DNA of 39,539 bases from Thermoplasmata archaeon (GTDB taxonomy: Archaea > Thermoplasmatota > SW-10-69-26 > JACQPN01 > JAJPHT01), in contig JAXDQU010000002.1 of the NCBI GenBank assembly GCA_034667685.1, positions 1 to 39,539 of the forward strand, given 5' to 3'. The notes under the pieces are model-generated. The model ran no database searches and was not told the DNA's origin. It saw nothing but the letters and a program-made list of their open reading frames with translations. This document shows positions 8,785-17,571 of this stretch, piece by piece. Position numbers and translations under genes: made by a program. Within the stretch, counting starts at the first letter, position 1, and each line of letters opens with the position of its first letter.

Positions 8785-9040
8785 GCGCTGGGGCGTCGCG
8801 GGCTCCATCCTCGAGGCCATCGACCGCGAGCACACGGAGCGCGGGCCCCAGGCGCGCGTCACCAACGTCGCCGTGCGCGCCAACGTCCCCTACGACCGGC
8901 TCGTGACGTACCTGGAGAGCATGGCCGCCGCGGGCCTCGTGCAGCTCGACAAGATGCCGCGCCTCACGCCCGAAGGCGAGGACGTGCTGCGGCAGTACCG
9001 GCAGTGGACCGAAGTGGTGCGGCGGTACGGGTTCCTCTGA
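8762..9040 (+). CDS. Winged-helix transcriptional regulator (archaeal HTH_45-like)
   Basis: ILEAI...TNVAVRANVPYDRLVTYLESM..AGLV....RLTPEG pattern. Start GTG 8762, or CTG 8771 behind GGAGGTG. Confidence 0.8.
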   Translation: MPALPRRERWGVAGSILEAIDREHTERGPQARVTNVAVRANVPYDRLVTYLESMAAAGLVQLDKMPRLTPEGEDVLRQYRQWTEVVRRYGFL

Positions 9041-9094
9041 TCGGCACCACAGCCAATTCTTAAGGTGCGGCCGCAGAATCCAAGCTTGGTCCCC

Positions 9095-9400
9095 GTGGCT
9101 GCGAACGTCCGACCCGATCGGCAGAGGCTCGCCGCGTTCTGCCGGCGGCATCGCATCCGGAGGCTGTCGCTCTTCGGCTCGGTCCTCCGCGCGGACTTCA
9201 GGCCCGACAGCGACGTCGACGTCCTCGTCGAGTTCCAACCCGACGAGCAGGTGTCCTTCTTCGACCTCTTCGACATGGAGGAGGAGCTCTCCGCCATCTT
9301 CGGTGGCCGCAAGGTCGACATGCGGACGCCCCAGGACCTGAGCCGGTACTTTCGCGACGACGTGACGTCCAGAGCGGAGGTCCAGTTTGCACAAGGATGA
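9095..9400 (+). CDS. mntA: MNT nucleotidyltransferase antitoxin (type VII TA)
   Basis: [22 protein letters not shown] (GSx10DxD); TTCTTAAG about 30 nt upstream. Confidence 0.9.
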   Translation: MAANVRPDRQRLAAFCRRHRIRRLSLFGSVLRADFRPDSDVDVLVEFQPDEQVSFFDLFDMEEELSAIFGGRKVDMRTPQDLSRYFRDDVTSRAEVQFAQG

Positions 9401-9732
9401 TCGCACCCGCGTTCGCCACGCGCTGGTGGCAGCCCAAAAGGGCGATCCATCACGCGCAGGGCGCTTCACGCGCCACGTTGGACGAGGACGAGCGCCTCGC
9501 GTTCACGCTGATCCACCTGCTAGAAATCGTTGGCGAAGCATGCAATCAGGTATCGCCCGAGTTCCAGGTGGCGCACCCAGTCGTCCCATGGAAGAAGGCG
9601 ATTGCCTTGCGCCACAGGCTCGCGCACGGCTACTTCGACGTGGACCTGGGAATCGTCTGGGCGACGGTCACGAACGAGCTCCCTTCCCTCTGCAAGCTGC
9701 TCGACCAGGTTCTTGCTGAAGCGCCGCCATAA
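9387..9732 (+). pseudogene. hepT: HepT-like (DUF86) HEPN RNase toxin, frameshifted
   Basis: GGAGG plus TTG 9387 gives [18 protein letters not shown]. One extra G near 9441 shifts to AIHHAQG...LEIVGEA...PWKKAIALRHRLAHGY (Rx4H). Confidence 0.75.
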
Positions 9733-9743
9733 CGCGAGGACAG

Positions 9744-10529
9744 ATGGACGCCCTCGACCTCCCGCACTACGACGTCGGCCCGCGCGACGCGCTGCCCGTC
9801 GTGCTGCTGCACGGCTTCCCGCTCGACCACGCCATGTGGGCGCCGCAGAAGGCCGCGCTCCAGGAGGCCGGCCTCCGCGTGATCGCGCCCGACCTGCGCG
9901 GGCACGGGCGCGCGCCGGTGGGGCACGGGCCCGCGACGATGCAGGCGCACGCGGCCGACGTGCTGCGCCTGCTCGACCGCGTCGGCGTCCGGCGCTTCGC
10001 GCTCGCCGGCTTCAGCCTGGGCGGGTACGTCGCCTTCGAGGTCGCGCGGCAGGCGCAGGCGCGCGTCGTGGGCCTCGCGCTCGTCGACACGCGCGCGGAG
10101 CCCGACTCGCCCGAGGCGCGCGAAGGGCGATATCAAACGGCGGCGCGCGTCCGCGCCGGGGGCGTCGCCCCCGTCGTCGAGAGCATGCTGCCCAAGATGC
10201 TCACGCCTCGCGCCGACCCGACGCTGCGCGCGCAGGTCGAGCGCACGATGCGCGCGACCCCGCCCGAGGGCGCGGCGCAGGCGCTCGAAGGCATGGCGGA
10301 GCGCCCCGACTCGCGCCCGGCGCTGGCCGCGATCCGCATCCCCACGCTCGTCGTCGTGGGCGACCAGGACCCGATCGCGCCGCCCGACGCGGCGAAGGCG
10401 ATGGCCGACGCGATTCCCGGCGCGCGCCTCGTGGTCGTCCCCGGCGCGATGCACCTCACGCCGCTGGAGAAGCCGGCCGAGGTCGACGCCGCGATGGTGG
10501 CGTGGGCGAAGTCGATCAGGCCGTGGTGA
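9744..10529 (+). CDS. Alpha/beta fold hydrolase
   Basis: LLHGFP, DLRGHG, GFSLG nucleophile elbow, GDQD and a C-terminal His. Confidence 0.93.
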   Translation: MDALDLPHYDVGPRDALPVVLLHGFPLDHAMWAPQKAALQEAGLRVIAPDLRGHGRAPVGHGPATMQAHAADVLRLLDRVGVRRFALAGFSLGGYVAFEVARQAQARVVGLALVDTRAEPDSPEAREGRYQTAARVRAGGVAPVVESMLPKMLTPRADPTLRAQVERTMRATPPEGAAQALEGMAERPDSRPALAAIRIPTLVVVGDQDPIAPPDAAKAMADAIPGARLVVVPGAMHLTPLEKPAEVDAAMVAWAKSIRPW

Positions 10530-10986
10530 CCTGCCGCGCCGCGAGCCAGAGCGCGACCCACAGCGCCAGCGGCGCGAGGTAGAACGCGGCCGTGCCCCAC
10601 TGCACCGGGCCGCGGCGCTCGCGCACCTCGCGCGCCAGCGAGGCGGTGGTGCCCAGGCCGACGCCGAGGTTGGCGAAGCTCAGGATGGCGACGATCGGCG
10701 GATGCGCGTCGTAGCCGGGCAGGAACGCGACGACGCCTTCGAGCGCGGCGCCGAAGACGAGCGCGTAGCCGATCAGCCCGACGAGCGCGCCCTTGCTGCC
10801 GTGGCTCCCGGTCGAGATCGCGTACGCCCACGCCGCGAGCGCGAGGACAAGCGCCAGCGTCTCCAGCAGGAAGACCGGCTCGCCCATCCCCGCGGCGGTC
10901 TGCCCGCGCTCGCGCTGCTGGAGCACGAGCTGCGTCACGGCGAGCGCGAGCGACGTGGAGGCTCCGACGGCCCAGCCCCGGCCCAT
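10516..10986 (-). CDS. Membrane protein (about 5 TM)
   Basis: Multiple hydrophobic helices from ATG 10986. Confidence 0.7.
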   Translation of the reverse strand: MGRGWAVGASTSLALAVTQLVLQQRERGQTAAGMGEPVFLLETLALVLALAAWAYAISTGSHGSKGALVGLIGYALVFGAALEGVVAFLPGYDAHPPIVAILSFANLGVGLGTTASLAREVRERRGPVQWGTAAFYLAPLALWVALWLAARQVTTA

Positions 10987-11038
10987 GCGCCCCCCAGCCC
11001 GAGCCTCAGCCTTAGCCCTTGGCCCGCCACAAAGGCTA

Positions 11039-11072
11039 TGCCATTTGGCCCACCCATGCGTGCCAAGTGACC
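11039..11072. promoter_or_regulatory. Putative Xre operator pair
   Basis: TGCCATTTGGCC (11039) and TGCCAAGTGACC (11061), 22 bp apart; the second overlaps the Xre start. Confidence 0.4.
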
Positions 11073-11522
11073 CAAAGGTCCCCGCGCGCGCCGGAGCCGC
11101 GCCGTCCACGTCGCGAGCGCATCGTGCACCCGAGCCTCGGCTTCAGCGCGAAGGACCCCATCGAAGCGTCGGATCTCGTGCGGAAAGGGCTCCCGCACCA
11201 GAAGGTCGAGATCTTCCGCAAGGAGAGCGGCATGTCGCTGGAGCGCATCGCCTCCGCGACGCACATCGCCCGCCGGACGCTCGCCAGGCGCAAGCAGGGG
11301 CGCCTCACGGGCGAAGAATCCGAGCGGCTGATCCGGTTGGCGTCGATCTTCGAGCAGGCCGTGGACCTCTTCGAGGGGGACAAGGGGAAGGCCGTCGCGT
11401 GGATGTCGCGGCCCAACAAGGCGCTTGGCGGCCGGACGCCCGAGGAGCTCGCCCACACGGAGATTGGCGGGCGCGAGGTCCTCTCTCTCCTGGGACGCCT
11501 TGAGCACGGTGTCTTCTCTTGA
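11067..11522 (+). CDS. Xre/MbcA/ParS antitoxin
   Basis: VRKGLP...RTLARRKQGRLTGEESERLIR...WMSRPNKALGGRTP...GRLEHGVFS. Start approximate. Confidence 0.92.
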   Translation: MTQRSPRAPEPRRPRRERIVHPSLGFSAKDPIEASDLVRKGLPHQKVEIFRKESGMSLERIASATHIARRTLARRKQGRLTGEESERLIRLASIFEQAVDLFEGDKGKAVAWMSRPNKALGGRTPEELAHTEIGGREVLSLLGRLEHGVFS

Positions 11523-11977
11523 CCCGGCTGTGGCGCGTCGTGCGGCGCAAGCGCGCCGGGGAGGCCTTCAGCGGCGAAGGCGGGCGCGTCTTCGGAGGGC
11601 GCTGGAACTCCCCGGGGACGCCCATCGTCTACACGAGCGAGAGCGCCGCCTTGGCCGCCCTGGAGATCCTCGTCCACGTCGAGGACCGGAGCGTCCTCGA
11701 CGGCTACGTCGCCTTCGTCCTCGACGTGCCGGAGGAGGCGATCGAAACGCTCGACCCGCGCCTCCTGACGCCCGGCTGGAGCGACTTCCCGGCGCCCGCC
11801 CTGCCGCGAGCGCTCGGTGACGCGTGGGCGGCCCAAGGCGAGTCGCTGGGGCTGCGCGTTCCGAGCGCCGTCGTCCCGGGCAGCAACGTGCTGCTCAATC
11901 CGCGCCACCCCGGCTTCGCGGCGATCCGGATCCCGGAGCCGCTCGCGTTCCCGTTCGACGCGAGGCTGTCGCGATAA
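11519..11977 (+). CDS. RES-domain NAD+ phosphorylase toxin
   Basis: SGEGG...GGRWNSPG..VYTS...ALE...VPSAVV...NVLLNPRH...FDARL; TTGA overlap with Xre. Confidence 0.95.
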   Translation: MTRLWRVVRRKRAGEAFSGEGGRVFGGRWNSPGTPIVYTSESAALAALEILVHVEDRSVLDGYVAFVLDVPEEAIETLDPRLLTPGWSDFPAPALPRALGDAWAAQGESLGLRVPSAVVPGSNVLLNPRHPGFAAIRIPEPLAFPFDARLSR

Positions 11978-11998
11978 CCCAAGCGCCAGCCCTAGCCC

Positions 11999-13546
11999 TC
12001 AGCCCAGCTCATGGTGCATGTCGCCCATGCCCTGCGGCTCCAGCATCGGCAGCGTCAGGTTGGCGCCGCGCAGCGCGGGACCGGCGCGCAGCGTGGCGAA
12101 CATGCCCTTGACGACGTCGCTGTGCATGCTCGGGTCCTTGACGCACTTGTCGGTGCACACGTCCACGAAGCTCGCCCACGGGCGGCCGACGTTGTCGATG
12201 GCGACCTCGATGAAGTCGTTCATGCCGTGGCAGCGCGTGCCGCCGCACAGGCCGCGCGCGAGCGGGTCCATCGGGTCGTTGGCGGTGACGCTCTCGACGG
12301 TGGCGTTGGGCTTCAGGCCGTCGACCATCACGCCGAGGTAGGCGTTCCACGTCGCGTTGTCCCACTCGGGGCAGGAGGGCTGGCCGAGCAGGTCGCCGGT
12401 CAAGCCCGCGTTGCCCTTGCACTTGCCTTCGTAGCCGCCGGGCACGGTGGAGCCGACGTACGCGAACGCGACGTGGCCCGGGTCGCCCACGGCGAGCTGG
12501 TTGAACATCGTGGCGGTGACGCCGGGCGCGGTGACGTTGCGCGGCTCCAGCCACGTCTTGCCCTTGTCGGGGCTCGCGGTGTACCAGACCTGGCCGCCGC
12601 TCTCGAACGTGGCGTACATGTTGCCGTCCTTGTCGACGGCGAAACCCATCTCGTGGTCGCCCACCTTCTGCTTGAGCGGAATCTGGAGCGTCTGCCAGGA
12701 GAGGCCGTCGTCCTGCGTGTACTTGATCTTCGGACCGCCGGGGCAGTCGGCCTTGGGCAGGTACATCGTGCCGTCGGGGCCCGCGCGCAGGTGCGACGTG
12801 AGGCCGCCGCAGCCGTCCTGCACGCTGTTGAAGACCGGGACCTGCGGCGTGAAGGAGAGGCCGCCGTCGTAGCTCATCGCGCAGCCGCTCTCGACGCCGT
12901 TGTTGGTGCAGCGGTAGACGACGTTGGGATAGCCCACGGTGGGCAGCATGCGCGGCTTGGCGGCGCCGACGGTCTGGTGGTCGTTGACGTTGGTGTTGCC
13001 GCACGAGTACGGGTTCGTCGTCCACGTCGCGCCGTGGTCGTCGGAGAACGATAGCGCGCCGCACGAGAGCGGCAGGATGTCGTCCATGAACACGCGGCCC
13101 GTGTCGTAGTCCACGAAGACGATCGGGTCGTTGGTCGAGGGGTGCTCCGGGACCGGGCCGACGTAGGGGCCCACGTCCTTGATCGTGGCGCCCGAGTCGA
13201 ACGTGGCCCAGAGGGTGGGCGGCGTGCGCTGCACGGGGCCCGCCCCGATCGTGGGGCCGAAGCCGGTCATGTAGACGCCGCCGTCCTTCGCGGCGCCGAT
13301 GCTGGGCTCCGTCGCGCCCGCGGGCAGCATGAACTCGCCGCCGAGCGCCGCGGGGAAGCTCGCGTTGGGCACGCCGGTCAGCCAGGATTCGTGCGTGACG
13401 TGGAACACGCCGCTCGTGCCGACGGAGGGCATCTCGACGGACGCGGCGGGAGCGTCCTTCGTCGAGGCGGTGTTCACGGGCGCGTTGAGGCAGCCCGCCA
13501 AGAGGGCGGCGGAGGCCAGGACGAGGGCGAGGACCTGGGCGGACAT
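11999..13546 (-). CDS. Lipoprotein with BNR/Asp-box repeats (sialidase-like propeller)
   Basis: LLAGC lipobox; Asp-boxes SDDHGATW, SYDGGLSF, TQDDGLSW and SPDKGKTW. Confidence 0.85.
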   Translation of the reverse strand: MSAQVLALVLASAALLAGCLNAPVNTASTKDAPAASVEMPSVGTSGVFHVTHESWLTGVPNASFPAALGGEFMLPAGATEPSIGAAKDGGVYMTGFGPTIGAGPVQRTPPTLWATFDSGATIKDVGPYVGPVPEHPSTNDPIVFVDYDTGRVFMDDILPLSCGALSFSDDHGATWTTNPYSCGNTNVNDHQTVGAAKPRMLPTVGYPNVVYRCTNNGVESGCAMSYDGGLSFTPQVPVFNSVQDGCGGLTSHLRAGPDGTMYLPKADCPGGPKIKYTQDDGLSWQTLQIPLKQKVGDHEMGFAVDKDGNMYATFESGGQVWYTASPDKGKTWLEPRNVTAPGVTATMFNQLAVGDPGHVAFAYVGSTVPGGYEGKCKGNAGLTGDLLGQPSCPEWDNATWNAYLGVMVDGLKPNATVESVTANDPMDPLARGLCGGTRCHGMNDFIEVAIDNVGRPWASFVDVCTDKCVKDPSMHSDVVKGMFATLRAGPALRGANLTLPMLEPQGMGDMHHELG

Positions 13547-13601
13547 CCCGGGGGGATCGCCGGGGGACCCGCTTTGAGCCTTGTTGTCAGCCCCGCATCG
13601 G

Positions 13602-14441
13602 TCACTTGTGGGCGCTCGCCACGACGAACTCGGCGGGCATGGCGAGCGCGCCGTTGGCCGTGCGCCAGCGCGCGGCATTGGCCCGCGTCTTCTCCAGCAC
13701 GCGGCGCTGCACGTCCTCCAGCTCTTCGGAGAGCGAGTGGCCCAAGGGCGTGCCCTCGCGCATCGCCTGCACGTACGCCTCCACGCCCTCGAAGCGCTGC
13801 GTCATCTCGACGCGCCGGTCGCGCGCCTCGCGGAACCCGGCCTCGCGCAGCATCCCGACCAGCTCGCCCTCGCCGCCCATCTCGTAGGGCGTGGGAAGAT
13901 AGCCCGTCTCGTCCGGCTCGGCCAGCTCCAGCATGGGCTCGACCATCGCGTGCAGCGCGGGGCAGCGCTCGCCGGGACCCCAGACCGTCGCCACGAGGCG
14001 GCCGCCCGGCCGCAGCACGCGCCACGTCTCCGCGATCGCCTTCGCGGGGTCGGTGACGATCTGGAGGCCGAAGCGGCACGTCACGAGGTCGAACGTCCCC
14101 TCCGGGAGCGGGAGCGCCTCGGCATCCATCACCTCGAAGCGCGCATGGTCGAGGCCGCGCGCCTTCGCCTCGCGCCGCGCGATCTCGACCATCGCCTCGG
14201 AGAGGTCGACGCCGAGCACGGAGCCCGCCGGCCCCACGAGGCGCGCGAGGCTCAGCGCCGGCTCGCCCGGACCCGTGGCGACGTCGAGCACGCGCTCGCC
14301 CGGCGCGGGGCGCGCGGCCTCCAGGAGCGCGGGGTTGGCGAGGTCGAGGTTGCGCAACACGGGCCCGTAGTGCGCGGCGCTCTGGTTCCACGTGTCGCGC
14401 GTGTAGGCCTTGTAGGACTCCTCGTCGTAGGTCCAGCTCAT
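13602..14441 (-). CDS. Class I SAM-dependent methyltransferase (UbiE-like)
   Basis: VLDVATGPG, GVDLS, DAEALP, FDLV and RVLRPGGRL motifs. Confidence 0.92.
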   Translation of the reverse strand: MSWTYDEESYKAYTRDTWNQSAAHYGPVLRNLDLANPALLEAARPAPGERVLDVATGPGEPALSLARLVGPAGSVLGVDLSEAMVEIARREAKARGLDHARFEVMDAEALPLPEGTFDLVTCRFGLQIVTDPAKAIAETWRVLRPGGRLVATVWGPGERCPALHAMVEPMLELAEPDETGYLPTPYEMGGEGELVGMLREAGFREARDRRVEMTQRFEGVEAYVQAMREGTPLGHSLSEELEDVQRRVLEKTRANAARWRTANGALAMPAEFVVASAHK

Positions 14442-14467
14442 GCGCGGGGCAGGCGGCTCTCCATGCA

Positions 14468-15040
14468 TCAACTGGGCAGCCGGCCGATGCGGAGCGGCCC
14501 TTCCTCCGTCACGATGACGTCCATCCCCTGGTCGTGCTCCTCCGTGACGGGCACCTTGTCGACGACCTGCGCGCCGAACGCGAGCCCCACGCGCAGCGGA
14601 CGCGGGTGCGCGGCGAGGAAGCGGTCGAAGTGCCCGCCCCCCTGGCCGAGGCGCGAGCCGTCGCGGCCGAAGAGGAGGCCGGGCACGAAGACCACCGCGA
14701 GCGATCCCGCGTCCACCTCCTCCCAGGGCTGGCGAGGCTCAGGGACGCTTCGCGCGGCCGGCACGAGCGCCCAGGGATGGTCGAGCCGCGCGAAGCCCAG
14801 CGTCTCGCCGCGCACGACCGGCACCGCGACCACGACGCCGCGCGCGAGGAGGCCGCGCAGCAGCAGCGAGGTCCCGACCTCCGAGCCCGCCGAGGCGTAG
14901 CAGCCCACCACGCCCCCCTCCGCGGCCTCGGGCAGCGCCAGCGCGTGCTCCGCGATGCGCTCGCTCCAGGCCTCGCGCTGCGCGGGCGGGATCGCGCGGC
15001 GGCGGGCGCGGGCTTCGTCGCGCAGCTGGGCCTTGTCCAA
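14468..15040 (-). CDS. 5-formyltetrahydrofolate cyclo-ligase
   Basis: KAQLR N-terminus, VPGLLF, RLGQGGGHFDR and HDQGMDVIVTE. Confidence 0.92.
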   Translation of the reverse strand: MDKAQLRDEARARRRAIPPAQREAWSERIAEHALALPEAAEGGVVGCYASAGSEVGTSLLLRGLLARGVVVAVPVVRGETLGFARLDHPWALVPAARSVPEPRQPWEEVDAGSLAVVFVPGLLFGRDGSRLGQGGGHFDRFLAAHPRPLRVGLAFGAQVVDKVPVTEEHDQGMDVIVTEEGPLRIGRLPS

Positions 15041-15094
15041 CGGCGGGGAAGACGCGAGAACCTACATATACGTGGTGCCACACTTTCGTGGGTC

Positions 15095-15382
15095 ATGCTG
15101 ATGGAGCTCCCCGATTCGGTCAGCGGCGAGGGGCCACGGATGGCGACGCTCGTGGAGGTCGGCCGCATCCTGGAGGACGCCCAGGACGAGCCCCCGCTCT
15201 CGCTCGCGGAGATCGAGCGCCGCATGGCCGCCAAGCGTGTCCGGCACGAGACGCTGCGCGCCTCGGTCGATTTCCTGCAGCAGCTCGGCTTCGTCACGCG
15301 CGGCTCGAAGGGCGCGCAATGGACGCACCGCGACGACGAGACGTTCTGGCGCGCGGCCAGGAAGGGCAAGTCCCTCCTCTGA
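15095..15382 (+). CDS. Small winged-helix protein, putative antitoxin
   Basis: LSLAEIERRM...TLRASVDFLQQLGFV pattern; ACATATAC box about 25-30 nt upstream; directly precedes a RelE-like gene. Confidence 0.7.
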   Translation: MLMELPDSVSGEGPRMATLVEVGRILEDAQDEPPLSLAEIERRMAAKRVRHETLRASVDFLQQLGFVTRGSKGAQWTHRDDETFWRAARKGKSLL

Positions 15383-15391
15383 GGCCGCGGC

Positions 15392-15718
15392 TTGACGACG
15401 GACGTGTGCCTGGAGGGCCCCGCGCAGAAGCACTTCGCCAAGGCGCCCAAGCCCATCCAGGCCGAGCTTCGGCGCCTGGCGTCGCGGCTCGCCTCCGACC
15501 CGCAATCGGGCGAGCACGTTCCCGCCGCGGACGTGCACAACAAGGCCACCGTGAAGAAATGGGAGCGGCGCGTCGGGCGGGTGCGCAGCCTCTACAAGCT
15601 GACGCTGGCGGACGGCTGGCGCGCGCTCTACACGATCGGCAGCCATGGCGCCGACCGCGTCGTGATGATCCTCGAGATCGTCGACCACAAGCGGTACGAC
15701 CGGCTCATGGGCTACTGA
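15392..15718 (+). CDS. RelE/ParE-superfamily-like putative toxin
   Basis: LYKLTLADGWRALYTI...VMILEIVDHKRYDRLMGY resembles a RelE-type C-terminus. Confidence 0.7.
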   Translation: MTTDVCLEGPAQKHFAKAPKPIQAELRRLASRLASDPQSGEHVPAADVHNKATVKKWERRVGRVRSLYKLTLADGWRALYTIGSHGADRVVMILEIVDHKRYDRLMGY

Positions 15719-17534
15719 GCGGCGGAAAGACGACCCGCACGCGCGTGCCCTTGCCCGGCGCGCTCTCGACCTCGATGCGCGCGCGGTGCTCGTCGAGGAT
15801 GCGCCGCACGATGGCGAGGCCCAGGCCCGTGCCGTCGGGCTTCGTGGTGAAGAGCGCGTCGAACATGCGGCGCTGGACCTCCTCGTCCATGCCCACGCCC
15901 TCGTCCTCGACCACCAGGAGCGCGCCCCCCTCGGGCGCCTCGCCCGTGACGACGCGCACCGGCGTCCCGCTTGGCGAGGCGTCGAACGCATTCTGCACGA
16001 GGTTGATCACGACCTGCGCCACGCGCGCGGCGTTCGCCAGCGTGGGCGGCGTGGGGCGCAGGCGCGCGTCGACGCGTCGGGCGGCCGGGTGCGTCTGCGC
16101 GAGGAGCCGGAGCGCGTCGCCCACCGGCGCGTCGAGCGAGAGCGGCGCGCGGGCGTCGACGCCCTTGCGCGTGAAGCGGCGGAGGTCCTCCAGGAATCCG
16201 TTGAGGCGCGCGGCGCTCTCGACGACGGTCTCCAGGAGCGGCGCCAGCGCGGGGTCGATCTGGCCGCCCGCCGCGCGGGCCTGGAGCAGGTGGCTGGCGT
16301 TCATCATCGCCGTCATGGGCGTGCGCGCCTCGTGGGCGACGCCGGAGACGAGCGTGCCCAGCGCGGCGAGCTTCTCCGCCTGCGCGAGGGCGGCGCGCGC
16401 GGCCTCCAGCTCGCGCTGGGCGGCGCGTTGCGTGGTGAGGTCGCGCAGGATGTAGAGCCGGCAGCGCCGCTCCTGGTAGACGACGGTCGTGCCGACGATC
16501 TCGACGGGCAGGATGGTCCCGTCGCGGCGGCGGATCCACGACTCGAAGCGGGGCGCGACCTCCTCGCCGCGCGCCAGCGCCGCGAAGCGCGCCGCCCAGA
16601 CGTCCGCGGCCTCGGGCGCGGTGACGGCCGCGACGGGGTTGGGGAGCGCGAGCAGCTCGTCGCGCGCGTAGCCGGTGAGCGTCAGGAGCGCGTCGTTGAT
16701 GTGCACGAGGCGCCCGCGGTCGTCGACGAGCGCGATCGCCTCGCCAAGCGCGGCCTGCGCGTCGAGGACCGTCTCCGCGAGCCGCTTCTCGCTGCGCACG
16801 GCGGCCTCGGCCTCGACGAGCTTCGCGCGCTCCGAGACGTCGCGGCTCACGACCGTCGCGGCCACGACCTTGCCGTCCTGCCAGACGGGGCTGATGCGCG
16901 TCTCGTAGTGGCGCATCTCGCCGTCGAACGTGGTGGCGCGCGCCGTGTTCGTGACGACCTCGCCGCGCCCGAAGACCCGCGCGTAGGCGGCGCGCGTGGC
17001 TTCGTGCTCCTCGGGGGGCGACCACGTCGTGACGCGCTCGCCCACGATGCCCTCGCGCGGGCGGCCCGGCGCGTCGCGGTTGAGGAAGGTGATGCGCAGG
17101 TCCGGGTCGACCATGTAGACGTAGTCGGCCGCGTTCTCCACGAGGCTCCGCCAGCGCGCCTCGCTGACGCGCAGCGCCTCCTCGGCGGCGACGCGGCGCG
17201 TGACGTCGCGCACGGCCGAGACGCGGCCCACGGGCTCTCCGCGCTCGTCGAGGAGCGGCCGCGTCAGCGATTCGACCCAGCGGAGCGCGCCGTCCTTGCG
17301 GCGGACCCGGTAGCGGTACGTGTCGCCCGACTCGAGGTCGAGGCGCAGGCTCTCGCGGTCCTCCGGGTGGAGGAACGAGGACGCGACGCGGCCCAGGATC
17401 TCGTCGGGCTCGTAGCCGAGCAGAGCGCGGATGCCGGGCGAGACGTAGCGGACCACGCCGTCGAGGTCCACCTCGACCACGACGTCGCCGGTCCCCTCGA
17501 GCAGGACGCGCAGGCGGCGCTCCGTCGCCTCCAT
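15705..17534 (-). CDS. Cytoplasmic PAS-domain sensor histidine kinase
   Basis: Three PAS/PAC repeats; H-box AHEARTP; N, D (EDEGVG), F (FTTK) and G2 (GTGLGL) boxes. Confidence 0.95.
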   Translation of the reverse strand: MEATERRLRVLLEGTGDVVVEVDLDGVVRYVSPGIRALLGYEPDEILGRVASSFLHPEDRESLRLDLESGDTYRYRVRRKDGALRWVESLTRPLLDERGEPVGRVSAVRDVTRRVAAEEALRVSEARWRSLVENAADYVYMVDPDLRITFLNRDAPGRPREGIVGERVTTWSPPEEHEATRAAYARVFGRGEVVTNTARATTFDGEMRHYETRISPVWQDGKVVAATVVSRDVSERAKLVEAEAAVRSEKRLAETVLDAQAALGEAIALVDDRGRLVHINDALLTLTGYARDELLALPNPVAAVTAPEAADVWAARFAALARGEEVAPRFESWIRRRDGTILPVEIVGTTVVYQERRCRLYILRDLTTQRAAQRELEAARAALAQAEKLAALGTLVSGVAHEARTPMTAMMNASHLLQARAAGGQIDPALAPLLETVVESAARLNGFLEDLRRFTRKGVDARAPLSLDAPVGDALRLLAQTHPAARRVDARLRPTPPTLANAARVAQVVINLVQNAFDASPSGTPVRVVTGEAPEGGALLVVEDEGVGMDEEVQRRMFDALFTTKPDGTGLGLAIVRRILDEHRARIEVESAPGKGTRVRVVFPPLSSP

Positions 17535-17571
17535 CGTCGCGAAGCCCGTCGGGCAGGACTTAATCCTATCG

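Noticed and set aside
2978-15718. Provirus or integrative element explaining the TA cluster
   Set aside because: No integrase, transposase, att repeats or virion genes, and housekeeping genes are interleaved.
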